Assembly (NCBI RefSeq): GCF_044324785.1
Contig: NZ_CP172127.1
DNA length: 64,000 nucleotides
Direction: 5' to 3' (one strand)
Source of the DNA: Escherichia coli
GTDB taxonomy: Bacteria > Pseudomonadota > Gammaproteobacteria > Enterobacterales > Enterobacteriaceae
Under the pieces are notes generated by a model. The model saw only the letters and a list, made by a program, of their open reading frames with translations, ran no database searches and was not told the origin of the DNA. Every line of letters begins with the position of its first letter. Position 1 is the stretch's first letter. The translations under genes were made by a program, and so were the position numbers. Below are positions 46,415-56,817 of the stretch, piece after piece.

Positions 46415-46607
46415 CTGATTAATTTAATATATTCAATAAGTTATGAATTAACTGTATTCTGAACGGTACAAAAATGATGGTCATTAACGTTCAGCAAAAA
46501 ATGAATTCGACACCCGTGTCGCAGGGGAAAGCGAGAATGTGATCTTGATCACGAGAAGTGAGGTGTGCTGACCGCAAGCGCAGCCAGCACGGAATGGAGC
46601 AAAGTAA

Positions 46608-47078
46608 TCAGGCGTGTTCTTTCAGCCAGTTCAGCACAACGTCGTGGTGATTGCTGGTTTTGAAATCGTCAAAGACATGTTCGATTTTGCCATCAGCGTC
46701 AATCAGGAAGCTGATGCGATGAATACCATCGTAGGTTTTGCCCATGAAGGACTTTTCACCCCAGACGCCGAATTGTTCGCACACCTGGTGGTCCTCATCA
46801 GACAGGAGCGTAAAGTTAAGCAGCTCTTTTTCCGCAAAACGGGAGAGTTTTTCGGGTTTATCGGTGCTGATACCCAGCACATCAACGCCCGCTTTTTTCA
46901 ACTCATCCATGTTATCGCGTAAGCCGCAGGCTTGTACGGTACAGCCGGGGGTCATGGCTTTCGGGTAGAAATAAACCAGAACACGCTGTCCCTGGAAGTC
47001 GGTCAAATTAACTTGTTCTCCGTCTTGATCCGGCAAGCTAAATTTCGGTGCGATATCACCGGCTTTCAGTGGATTCAT
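46608..47078 (-). CDS. bcp: Thiol peroxidase Bcp (peroxiredoxin), 156 aa
   Basis: PGCT active-site motif; synteny. Confidence 0.9.
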   Translation of the reverse strand: MNPLKAGDIAPKFSLPDQDGEQVNLTDFQGQRVLVYFYPKAMTPGCTVQACGLRDNMDELKKAGVDVLGISTDKPEKLSRFAEKELLNFTLLSDEDHQVCEQFGVWGEKSFMGKTYDGIHRISFLIDADGKIEHVFDDFKTSNHHDVVLNWLKEHA

Positions 47079-47650
47079 TACTTAACTCCATCCTGTTCAT
47101 CATGTTGGGAATAATTGACGACGTTAATACTGCCTTGTGCATTGAGTTCTGTACATAGGGCTTTGAACGCTTGCTCAATATTTGCTGCGTCCGCAGATGC
47201 GGGGCTGTGGGCGGTTATCTGAATATGCAACTGCGCAGCCCGTTCATTTTCAGCAGGTTGCGTGCGCGACACCAGCTCCGCAATGTTCATATGATGCGCG
47301 TCGAAAAGTGCTGTGAAGCGTTCAATTAAATGCGGGGAGTCTGCCACATCGACCTGAACCCAGACAGATGCTGGCATTGGCGGACGCGGACGCGCCGTCG
47401 TGCGCTTCATCACGATTAAAAGATCCAGCTCGGCACCTTTCAACGGTAACGTTGATTCAATCAGAGTAATGGCATTCCATGAACCGGAAAGCAGCATGAT
47501 AAACGTGAACTCTTCTCCCAGCATCGCCAGGCGACTGTCTTCAATATTACAGCCGCAACTACTGACATGACGGGTGATGGTGTTCACAATTCCAGGGCGA
47601 TCGGCACCCAACGCAGTGATCACCAGATAATGTTGCGATGACAGTGTCAA
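47078..47650 (-). CDS. gcvR: Glycine cleavage system regulator GcvR, 190 aa, TTG start
   Basis: ORF 47078..47716; recalled N-terminus MTLSSQHYLVITALGADRPGIV begins at in-frame TTG. Confidence 0.8.
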   Translation of the reverse strand: MTLSSQHYLVITALGADRPGIVNTITRHVSSCGCNIEDSRLAMLGEEFTFIMLLSGSWNAITLIESTLPLKGAELDLLIVMKRTTARPRPPMPASVWVQVDVADSPHLIERFTALFDAHHMNIAELVSRTQPAENERAAQLHIQITAHSPASADAANIEQAFKALCTELNAQGSINVVNYSQHDEQDGVK

Positions 47651-47795
47651 ACTGGTTATTCCTTTAAGGGGTGAGTTGTTCTTAAGGAAAGCATAAAAAA
47701 AACATGCATACAACAATCAGAACGGTTCTGTCTGCTTGCTTTTAATGCCATACCAAACGTACCATTGAGACACTTGTTTGCACAGAGGATGGCCC

Positions 47796-48674
47796 ATGTT
47801 CACGGGAAGTATTGTCGCGATTGTTACTCCGATGGATGAAAAAGGTAATGTCTGTCGGGCTAGCTTGAAAAAACTGATTGATTATCATGTCGCCAGCGGT
47901 ACTTCGGCGATCGTTTCTGTTGGCACCACTGGCGAGTCCGCTACCTTAAATCATGACGAACATGCTGATGTGGTGATGATGACGCTGGAGCTGGCTGACG
48001 GGCGCATTCCGGTGATTGCCGGGACCGGCGCTAACGCTACTGCGGAAGCCATTAGCCTGACGCAGCGCTTCAATGACAGTGGTATCGTCGGCTGCCTGAC
48101 GGTAACCCCTTACTACAATCGTCCGTCGCAAGAAGGTTTGTATCAGCATTTCAAAGCCATCGCTGAGCATACTGACCTGCCGCAAATTCTGTATAATGTG
48201 CCGTCCCGTACTGGCTGCGATCTGCTCCCGGAAACGGTGGGCCGTCTGGCGAAAGTAAAAAATATTATCGGAATCAAAGAGGCAACAGGGAACTTAACGC
48301 GTGTAAACCAGATCAAAGAGCTGGTTTCAGATGATTTTGTTCTGCTGAGCGGCGATGATGCGAGCGCGCTGGACTTCATGCAATTAGGCGGTCATGGGGT
48401 TATTTCCGTTACGGCTAACGTCGCAGCGCGTGATATGGCCCAGATGTGCAAACTGGCAGCAGAAGGGCATTTTGCCGAGGCACGCGTTATTAATCAGCGT
48501 CTGATGCCATTACACAACAAACTATTTGTCGAACCCAATCCAATCCCGGTGAAATGGGCATGTAAGGAACTGGGTCTTGTGGCGACCGATACGCTGCGCC
48601 TGCCAATGACACCAATCACCGACAGTGGTCGTGAGACGGTCAGAGCGGCGCTTAAGCATGCCGGTTTGCTGTAA
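47796..48674 (+). CDS. dapA: 4-hydroxy-tetrahydrodipicolinate synthase, 292 aa
   Basis: Start [17 protein letters not shown]. Confidence 0.9.
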   Translation: MFTGSIVAIVTPMDEKGNVCRASLKKLIDYHVASGTSAIVSVGTTGESATLNHDEHADVVMMTLELADGRIPVIAGTGANATAEAISLTQRFNDSGIVGCLTVTPYYNRPSQEGLYQHFKAIAEHTDLPQILYNVPSRTGCDLLPETVGRLAKVKNIIGIKEATGNLTRVNQIKELVSDDFVLLSGDDASALDFMQLGGHGVISVTANVAARDMAQMCKLAAEGHFAEARVINQRLMPLHNKLFVEPNPIPVKWACKELGLVATDTLRLPMTPITDSGRETVRAALKHAGLL

Positions 48675-48690
48675 AGTTTAGGGAGATTTG

Positions 48691-49725
48691 ATGGCTTACT
48701 CTGTTCAAAAGTCGCGCCTGGCAAAGGTTGCGGGTGTTTCGCTTGTTTTATTACTCGCTGCCTGTAGTTCTGACTCACGCTATAAGCGTCAGGTCAGTGG
48801 TGATGAAGCCTACCTGGAAGCGGCACCGCTTGCGGAGCTTCATGCCCCGGCTGGAATGATTTTGCCGGTGACCTCCGGTGATTATGCAATCCCGGTGACC
48901 AACGGTAGTGGTGCTGTCGGTAAGGCGCTGGACATTCGTCCACCAGCCCAGCCGCTGGCACTGGTTTCTGGCGCGCGTACCCAGTTCACGGGCGATACCG
49001 CTTCATTGCTGGTGGAAAATGGTCGTGGCAATACTCTGTGGCCGCAGGTGGTTAGCGTGCTGCAGGCGAAAAACTACACCATCACCCAACGTGATGATGC
49101 TGGTCAGACACTGACCACCGATTGGGTACAATGGAACCGTCTGGACGAAGACGAGCAGTATCGTGGTCGTTATCAAATCTCTGTTAAGCCGCAGGGTTAT
49201 CAGCAGGCGGTTACGGTTAAACTGCTGAACCTGGAACAGGCGGGCAAACCGGTTGCAGACGCGGCTTCCATGCAGCGTTATAGCACGGAGATGATGAACG
49301 TTATTTCCGCCGGTCTGGATAAATCTGCCACTGACGCCGCGAACGCTGCGCAAAATCGTGCCTCCACCACTATGGACGTACAAAGTGCAGCTGATGACAC
49401 CGGTTTACCGATGCTGGTCGTACGCGGGCCGTTCAATGTGGTTTGGCAACGTCTGCCAGCGGCGCTGGAAAAAGTGGGCATGAAAGTGACCGACAGCACC
49501 CGTTCGCAGGGCAACATGGCCGTAACTTATAAGCCGCTGTCTGACAGCGACTGGCAGGAACTGGGCGCGAGCGATCCAGGCCTGGCATCCGGTGACTATA
49601 AACTGCAGGTTGGCGATTTAGATAACCGCAGCAGCCTACAGTTCATCGATCCGAAAGGTCATACTCTGACTCAGAGTCAGAACGACGCGCTGGTATCTGT
49701 CTTCCAGGCAGCGTTTAGCAAGTAA
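48691..49725 (+). CDS. bamC: Outer membrane protein assembly lipoprotein BamC (NlpB), 344 aa
   Basis: Lipobox LLAAC; synteny after dapA. Confidence 0.9.
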   Translation: MAYSVQKSRLAKVAGVSLVLLLAACSSDSRYKRQVSGDEAYLEAAPLAELHAPAGMILPVTSGDYAIPVTNGSGAVGKALDIRPPAQPLALVSGARTQFTGDTASLLVENGRGNTLWPQVVSVLQAKNYTITQRDDAGQTLTTDWVQWNRLDEDEQYRGRYQISVKPQGYQQAVTVKLLNLEQAGKPVADAASMQRYSTEMMNVISAGLDKSATDAANAAQNRASTTMDVQSAADDTGLPMLVVRGPFNVVWQRLPAALEKVGMKVTDSTRSQGNMAVTYKPLSDSDWQELGASDPGLASGDYKLQVGDLDNRSSLQFIDPKGHTLTQSQNDALVSVFQAAFSK

Positions 49726-49768
49726 AAATACAGGGCTGGAGTCATCCGGCCCTTTTTTCTGATATGAT

Positions 49769-49784
49769 ACGCAAACGTGTGCGT
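49769..49784. promoter_or_regulatory. PurR box-like operator upstream of purC
   Basis: ACGCAAACGTGTGCGT. Confidence 0.5.
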
Positions 49785-49840
49785 CGGCAGAAAAATGCGA
49801 TTTTAGCGGTAATTCGCACGAAATTTGTTTGTCGGACGTA

Positions 49841-49885
49841 GGTCGGATAAGGCGTTCTTGCCGCATCCGACAAAACATCCGGCAC
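49841..49885. repeat. REP-like palindromic element
   Basis: taggtcggataaggcgttcttgccgcatccgacaaaacatccggca. Confidence 0.5.
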
Positions 49886-49936
49886 ACCAGACAGCAAAGA
49901 TTTTAAAACGTTAATTCACACCCAGGAGTGATAAAG

Positions 49937-50650
49937 ATGCAAAAGCAAGCTGAGTTGTATCGTGGTAAAGCGAAAACCGTATACAGCACGGAAAACCCGG
50001 ACCTGTTGGTGCTCGAATTCCGCAATGATACGTCAGCAGGGGATGGCGCGCGCATTGAGCAGTTTGATCGCAAAGGTATGGTGAACAACAAGTTCAACTA
50101 CTTCATTATGAGCAAACTGGCTGAAGCGGGTATCCCGACTCAAATGGAGCGTCTGCTCTCCGATACCGAATGTCTGGTGAAAAAGCTGGATATGGTGCCG
50201 GTTGAGTGTGTCGTGCGTAACCGTGCTGCTGGCTCTCTGGTGAAACGTCTTGGAATCGAAGAAGGTATTGAGCTGAACCCGCCGCTGTTCGATCTGTTCC
50301 TGAAAAACGACGCCATGCACGATCCGATGGTCAACGAATCTTACTGCGAAACCTTTGGCTGGGTGAGCAAAGAGAACCTGGCGCGTATGAAAGAGCTGAC
50401 CTACAAAGCGAACGACGTGCTGAAAAAACTGTTCGATGATGCTGGTCTGATTCTGGTCGACTTCAAGCTGGAATTTGGTCTGTACAAAGGCGAAGTGGTA
50501 CTGGGTGATGAGTTCTCCCCGGACGGTAGCCGCCTGTGGGACAAAGAAACGCTGGAGAAAATGGACAAAGACCGTTTCCGCCAGAGCCTCGGTGGCCTGA
50601 TCGAAGCCTATGAAGCCGTCGCCCGCCGCCTGGGTGTACAGCTGGACTGA
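49937..50650 (+). CDS. purC: SAICAR synthetase, 237 aa
   Basis: Start [22 protein letters not shown]. Confidence 0.9.
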
Positions 50651-50817
50651 TTTTTCTGTTCATCATCTTGCCGTGCAGCTGGCACGGCAAGACAACCGCT
50701 CTCGGAAGATGTGCATTGAACGCTCATTCCTCCGCCATTTCATCCCGCTTTCCTGTGGTAATCTTCCTCTGAACCACCTACGATCATTTCTATAATGAAT
50801 ATATTGTTGAGGTATCT

Positions 50818-51681
50818 ATGCGTTGGCAAGGGCGACGTGAAAGTGACAATGTTGAAGACAGGCGCAACAGCTCTGGTGGTCCGTCAATGGGCGGTCCAGG
50901 TTTTCGCCTGCCAAGCGGTAAAGGCGGGCTGATTTTACTGATAGTCGTGCTGGTTGCAGGCTATTATGGCGTTGATTTAACCGGGTTGATGACCGGACAG
51001 CCGGTTTCCCAACAGCAATCAACGCGGTCAATTAGCCCAAATGAAGACGAAGCCGCAAAATTCACTTCGGTGATTCTGGCAACCACGGAAGACACCTGGG
51101 GACAGCAATTCGAGAAGATGGGTAAAACCTATCAGCAACCGAAGCTGGTCATGTACCGTGGAATGACGCGCACCGGATGCGGGGCGGGCCAGTCCATAAT
51201 GGGGCCGTTCTATTGCCCGGCGGATGGCACGGTTTATATCGATCTCTCCTTCTATGATGACATGAAAGACAAACTTGGCGCGGATGGCGATTTTGCCCAG
51301 GGGTACGTTATCGCCCATGAAGTCGGTCATCATGTGCAGAAACTGTTAGGCATCGAGCCGAAAGTTCGTCAACTGCAACAAAACGCGACGCAGGCGGAAG
51401 TGAACCGCTTATCTGTGCGTATGGAACTCCAGGCCGACTGTTTTGCTGGTGTCTGGGGGCATAGTATGCAGCAGCAAGGCGTTCTGGAAACCGGCGATCT
51501 GGAAGAGGCGCTGAACGCGGCGCAGGCCATCGGCGATGATCGTTTACAACAGCAAAGTCAGGGGCGAGTAGTACCAGACAGTTTCACTCATGGCACTTCT
51601 CAGCAACGCTACAGCTGGTTTAAACGTGGTTTCGACAGCGGCGATCCGGCACAATGCAATACTTTTGGTAAAAGCATTTAA
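50818..51681 (+). CDS. ypfJ: YpfJ, predicted zinc metalloprotease-like protein, 287 aa
   Basis: HEVGHH motif; synteny. Confidence 0.8.
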
Positions 51682-51695
51682 CTTCCGGGGCAGGG

Positions 51696-53699
51696 ATGGC
51701 TGAACTAACTGCGCTTCACACATTAACAGCGCAAATGAAACGTGAAGGGATCCGCCGCTTGCTGGTGTTGAGCGGGGAAGAGGGTTGGTGTTTTGATCAT
51801 GCGCTTAAGTTGCGTGATGCCTTACCTGGCGACTGGCTGTGGATTTCGCCGCAGCCAGTCGCTGAAAACCACTGTTTTCCCTCGGCGCTACAAACTTTAC
51901 TTGGGCGCGAATTCCGGCATGCGGTATTCGACGCCCGCCACGGCTTTGATGCCGCTGCCTTTGCAGCACTTAGCGGAACGTTGAAAGCGGGAAGCTGGCT
52001 GGTTTTGTTACTCCCTGTATGGGAAGAGTGGGAAAACCAACCTGATGCCGACTCGCTGCGCTGGAGTGATTGCCCTGACCCTATTGCGACGCCGCATTTT
52101 GTCCAGCATCTCAAACGTGTACTTACGGCGAATAACGACGCCATCCTCTGGCGGCAAAACCAGCCGTTCACGTTGGTGCATTTTGCTCCCCGTACTGACT
52201 GGCACCCCGCGACCGGCGCACCACAACCAGAACAACAGCAACTCTTACAGCAGCTACTGACCATGCCATTGGGCGTGGCGGTGGTAACGGCTGCGCGTGG
52301 GCGCGGTAAATCGGCGCTGGCAGGGCAACTCATTTCTCGTATTGCGGGTAGTGCGATTGTCACCGCGCCCGCAAAAGCGGCAACGGATGTACTGGCACAA
52401 TTTGCGGGCGAGAAGTTTCGCTTTATTGCGCCGGATGCCTTGTTAGCCAGCGATGAGCAAGCCGACTGGCTGGTGGTCGATGAAGCCGCAGCCATACCTG
52501 CGCCGTTGTTGCATCAACTGGTATCGCGTTTTCCTCGAACGTTGTTAACCACTACGGTGCAGGGCTACGAAGGTACCGGACGTGGTTTTTTGCTGAAATT
52601 TTGCGCTCGCTTTCCGCATTTACACCGTTTTGAATTGCAACAGCCGATCCGCTGGGCGCAGGGATGCCCGCTGGAAAAAATGGTCAGCGAGGCACTGGTT
52701 TTTGACGATGAAAACTTCACCCATACACCACAAGGCAATATCGTCATTGCCGCATTTGAACAGACGTTATGGCGAAGCGAGCCAGAAACGCCGTTAAAGG
52801 TTTATCAGCTATTGTCTGGTGCGCACTACCGGACCTCGCCGCTGGATTTACGCCGGATGATGGATGCACCAGGGCAACATTTTTTACAGGCGGCTGGCGA
52901 AAATGCCATTGCCGGGGCGCTGTGGCTGGTGGATGAGGGCGGATTATCTCAAGAACTCAGTCAGGCGGTATGGGCAGGTTTTCGTCGCCCGCGGGGTAAT
53001 CTGGTGGCCCAGTCGCTGGCGGCGCACGGCAGCAATCCACTGGCGGCGACATTGCGCGGAAGGCGGGTCAGCCGAATAGCAGTTCATCCGGCTCGTCAGC
53101 GGGAAGGCACAGGTCAGCAACTGATTGCTGGTGCTTTGCAATATACGCAAGGCCTCGACTATCTTTCGGTGAGTTTTGGTTACACCGAGGAGTTATGGCG
53201 TTTCTGGCAACGCTGCGGTTTTGTGCTGGTGCGAATGGGTAATCATCGTGAAGCCAGCAGCGGTTGCTATACGGCGATGGCGCTGTTACCGATGAGTGAT
53301 GCGGGTAAACAGCTGGCTGAACGTGAGCATTACCGTTTACGTCGCGATGCGCAGGCTCTCGCGCAGTGGAATGGCGAAATGCTTCCTGTTGATCCACTAA
53401 ACGATGCCGTCCTTTCTGACGACGACTGGCTTGAACTGGCCGGTTTTGCTTTCGCTCATCGTCCGCTATTAACGTCGTTAGGTTGCTTAATGCGTCTGTT
53501 ACAAACCAGCGAACTGGCATTACCGGCGCTGCGTGGACGTTTACAGAAAAACGCCAGTGACGCGCAGTTATGTACCACACTTAAACTTTCAGGCCGTAAG
53601 CTGTTACTGGTCCGTCAACGCGAAGAAGCCGCGCAGGCGCTATACGCACTTGATGATGTTCGCACTGAGCGTTTGCGCGATCGCATAACGCAATGGTAA
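51696..53699 (+). CDS. tmcA: tRNA(Met) cytidine acetyltransferase TmcA (YpfI)
   Basis: Length about 667 aa; Walker A GRGKS; C-terminal acetyltransferase region; synteny. Confidence 0.85.
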   Translation: MAELTALHTLTAQMKREGIRRLLVLSGEEGWCFDHALKLRDALPGDWLWISPQPVAENHCFPSALQTLLGREFRHAVFDARHGFDAAAFAALSGTLKAGSWLVLLLPVWEEWENQPDADSLRWSDCPDPIATPHFVQHLKRVLTANNDAILWRQNQPFTLVHFAPRTDWHPATGAPQPEQQQLLQQLLTMPLGVAVVTAARGRGKSALAGQLISRIAGSAIVTAPAKAATDVLAQFAGEKFRFIAPDALLASDEQADWLVVDEAAAIPAPLLHQLVSRFPRTLLTTTVQGYEGTGRGFLLKFCARFPHLHRFELQQPIRWAQGCPLEKMVSEALVFDDENFTHTPQGNIVIAAFEQTLWRSEPETPLKVYQLLSGAHYRTSPLDLRRMMDAPGQHFLQAAGENAIAGALWLVDEGGLSQELSQAVWAGFRRPRGNLVAQSLAAHGSNPLAATLRGRRVSRIAVHPARQREGTGQQLIAGALQYTQGLDYLSVSFGYTEELWRFWQRCGFVLVRMGNHREASSGCYTAMALLPMSDAGKQLAEREHYRLRRDAQALAQWNGEMLPVDPLNDAVLSDDDWLELAGFAFAHRPLLTSLGCLMRLLQTSELALPALRGRLQKNASDAQLCTTLKLSGRKLLLVRQREEAAQALYALDDVRTERLRDRITQW

Positions 53700-53784
53700 T
53701 TTTTTCACTGACTCCTTCAATTTTCTCCCATGGTCATTGTGAGTCAGCGGCGTAAAATTAATGACATCAGTTAAGGAGTTCGCC

Positions 53785-54483
53785 ATGAAACATGACCATT
53801 TTGTTGTTCAAAGCCCGGATAAACCTGCGCAACAGTTGTTACTGCTTTTCCACGGTGTCGGGGATAACCCGGTGGCAATGGGGGAAATAGGCAGCTGGTT
53901 TGCGCCGCTATTTCCTGATGCGCTGGTGGTGAGTGTCGGTGGCGCGGAGCCGAGCGGTAATCCGGCGGGGCGTCAGTGGTTTTCGGTGCAGGGTATTACG
54001 GAAGATAATCGCCAGGAGCGTGTGGATGCCATCATGCCGACGTTTATTGAAACGGTACGCTACTGGCAGAAACAGAGCGGAGTAGGGGCTAACGCCACGG
54101 CGCTAATCGGTTTCTCACAAGGCGCGATTATGGCGCTGGAGAGCATTAAAGCCGAACCGGGCCTTGCTTCGCGCGTCATTGCCTTCAACGGACGCTACGC
54201 GAGCCTGCCGGAAACCGCGTCTACAGCCACGACAATTCACTTGATTCATGGCGGTGAAGATCCGGTTATCGATCTGGCGCATGCGGTTGCGGCGCAGGAA
54301 GCGTTAATCAGTGCCGGTGGTGACGTGACGCTGGATATCGTGGAGGATTTAGGCCATGCGATCGACAATCGCAGTATGCAATTTGCCCTGGATCACTTGC
54401 GTTATACCATTCCGAAACATTATTTCGACGAAGCGCTAAGTGGCGGTAAGCCTGGCGATGATGATGTGATTGAAATGATGTAA
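53785..54483 (+). CDS. ypfH: Esterase YpfH, 232 aa
   Basis: GFSQG serine-hydrolase motif; start MKHDHFVVQ. Confidence 0.85.
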   Translation: MKHDHFVVQSPDKPAQQLLLLFHGVGDNPVAMGEIGSWFAPLFPDALVVSVGGAEPSGNPAGRQWFSVQGITEDNRQERVDAIMPTFIETVRYWQKQSGVGANATALIGFSQGAIMALESIKAEPGLASRVIAFNGRYASLPETASTATTIHLIHGGEDPVIDLAHAVAAQEALISAGGDVTLDIVEDLGHAIDNRSMQFALDHLRYTIPKHYFDEALSGGKPGDDDVIEMM

Positions 54484-54489
54484 TAATAG

Positions 54490-54560
54490 CCGGGTAGGCC
54501 TGATAAGACCGTATCAGGCATCATGGCCGGATGCGGCGTTAACGCCTTATCCGGCCACTC
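54490..54560. repeat. REP elements (two copies)
   Basis: gccgggtaggcctgataagacc... and gccggatgcggcgttaacgccttatccggcc. Confidence 0.6.
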
Positions 54561-54563
54561 AGC

Positions 54564-54764
54564 TTACTTCTTCGGTTGATCCTTTTTCGGCCAGTCGTCG
54601 TCATCGTCCCACTTATCGTTGAAATCACGATGCGGGGGAAGCTCCGGCTTGTTGGCGAGAAATTTCTTATGGTCGACGCGCTTGAGATCTTTAATCACGT
54701 TCAGCAGGACGCCTACCAAAAAGACAATCACCAGAATCCACCAATATTTAGCCAGCCAGTCCAT
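54564..54764 (-). CDS. ypfN: Small membrane protein YpfN, 66 aa
   Basis: Internal ATG of ORF 54564..54788 giving [18 protein letters not shown]... Confidence 0.7.
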
Positions 54765-54791
54765 GCTTATTTCCTCTTGCAGAACCACTCA

Positions 54792-55919
54792 TCAGGCGAC
54801 GAGCTGTTCCATGATACGTTGATACATACGGGCAAGTAGCTGCAGGTCGGCAGCGTTCACACATTCATTAATTTTATGAATAGTGGCATTGACCGGCCCG
54901 AGTTCCACCACCTGCGCCCCCATGCGGGCAATAAAGCGCCCGTCGGACGTTCCGCCTGTGGTCAGTAGCTGCGGTTTAATTTCATTATAGTGCTCAACCG
55001 CGTTAACGACCGCATCCACCAGTTTACCGCGCGCGGTCAAAAATGGCTGCCCGGAAAGCCACCAATCCACCGTATAGCGCAGTTGATGTTTTTCAAGCAG
55101 GGCAAGTACCTGCGCTTTGATCATCTCATCAGTTAGTTCGGTGCTGAAGCGGAAGTTAAACTGCACAAACAGTTCACCCGGAATAACGTTGTTACTGCCC
55201 GTTCCCGCCTGAATATTGGCAATCTGCATACTGGTCGCCGGGAAGAATTCATTGCCCTGATCCCACTCAATAGCCACTAATTCATTAAGGAAAGGTGCTG
55301 CGCGATGTACCGGATTGTCAGCCAGATGTGGGTAGGCAACATGCCCCTGCACGCCATGAATGGTAAGGTTGCATGTTAACGATCCGCGACGACCATTTTT
55401 CACCACGTCACCTACCACTTCGATACTCGACGGTTCGCCGACCAGGCAGTAATCGAGACGCTCATTACGCGCCATTAACGCTTCGACGACTTTTACCGTA
55501 CCGTTGTGGGCACTGGCTTCTTCATCAGAGGTGATCAGAAATGCCAGTCGTCCCGTATGGTTGGGATGTTGTGCGACAAAGCGTTCTGCCGCTACCACCA
55601 TCGCTGCCAGCGAGCCTTTCATATCTGCCGCACCGCGCCCGAATAACATACCGTCACGAATGGTCGGTTCAAACGGCGGATTGATCCAACGATCTGCGTC
55701 GCCAGGCGGCACCACGTCGGTATGCCCGGCAAAGGCCAACGTTTCACCCTGCCCACGCCATGCCCAAAAATTCTGCGTATCGGCAAAATCCATGCGTTCA
55801 ACGGTAAAACCGATCGCCTGCAAACGTTCAATCAACAAAGCCTGGCATCCTGCGTCATCAGGACTCAGGGAAGGGCGGCGAATAAGCTGTTGTGTCAGCT
55901 CAATAACCGGGCACGACAT
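54792..55919 (-). CDS. dapE: Succinyl-diaminopimelate desuccinylase, 375 aa
   Basis: M20 peptidase motifs; start [20 protein letters not shown]. Confidence 0.9.
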
Positions 55920-55922
55920 AGA

Positions 55923-56297
<375 letters not shown>

Positions 56298-56659
56298 TTA
56301 TGAGAATAAATACTCATTTAAGGGTGAAAACATTTTGCCTGCAAATGATTATCAGGAAATATAACATTATCGAAGTATTCAAATTAACAACTATTAAATA
56401 ATATTAAACATTTTTAACGTAAACATTAAGAATATTCATCTTGTTATCTGTCTGTATTTTAACCAGAATTAAATCAGTATTAGATACCGTATGAATATCT
56501 CGAAATGGTGCTGTGTATCACATACAAATCATCACCGCAGGACCATAGTATTTACATAAGGTTTGTCCCCCGGAGGTAGTCATCGCAGCAATCGAGTAAA
56601 TTAGCTTCACCACGGTATATTGTTTCCGTAGAATACCCATAATTATAAGAGAGGTTGTT

Positions 56660-56719
56660 ATGATTGAACGTGAACTGGGGAACTGGAAAGACTTTATCGA
56701 AGTTATGCTTCGTAAGTAA
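56660..56719 (+). CDS. ypfM: Small protein YpfM, 19 aa (MIERELGNWKDFIEVMLRK)
   Basis: AGAGAGG RBS then ATG; hand-translated. Confidence 0.6.
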   Translation: MIERELGNWKDFIEVMLRK

Positions 56720-56774
56720 TTCCTGAGACAAAGTACAAACAGCAAGAACCTGCTGAGCAGGTTCTTAATCGGAA

Positions 56775-56812
56775 AGTTGAAAAGGGCGACACATTGGCAT
56801 GTCGCCTTTTTT
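56775..56812. terminator. Bidirectional hairpin terminator between ypfM and acrD
   Basis: aaagggcgacacattggcatgtcgccttttttatt. Confidence 0.6.
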
Positions 56813-56817
56813 ATTGC

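Noticed and set aside
51797-52495. 232-aa minus-strand ORF inside tmcA
   Set aside because: Antisense to tmcA, no RBS, low-complexity translation.
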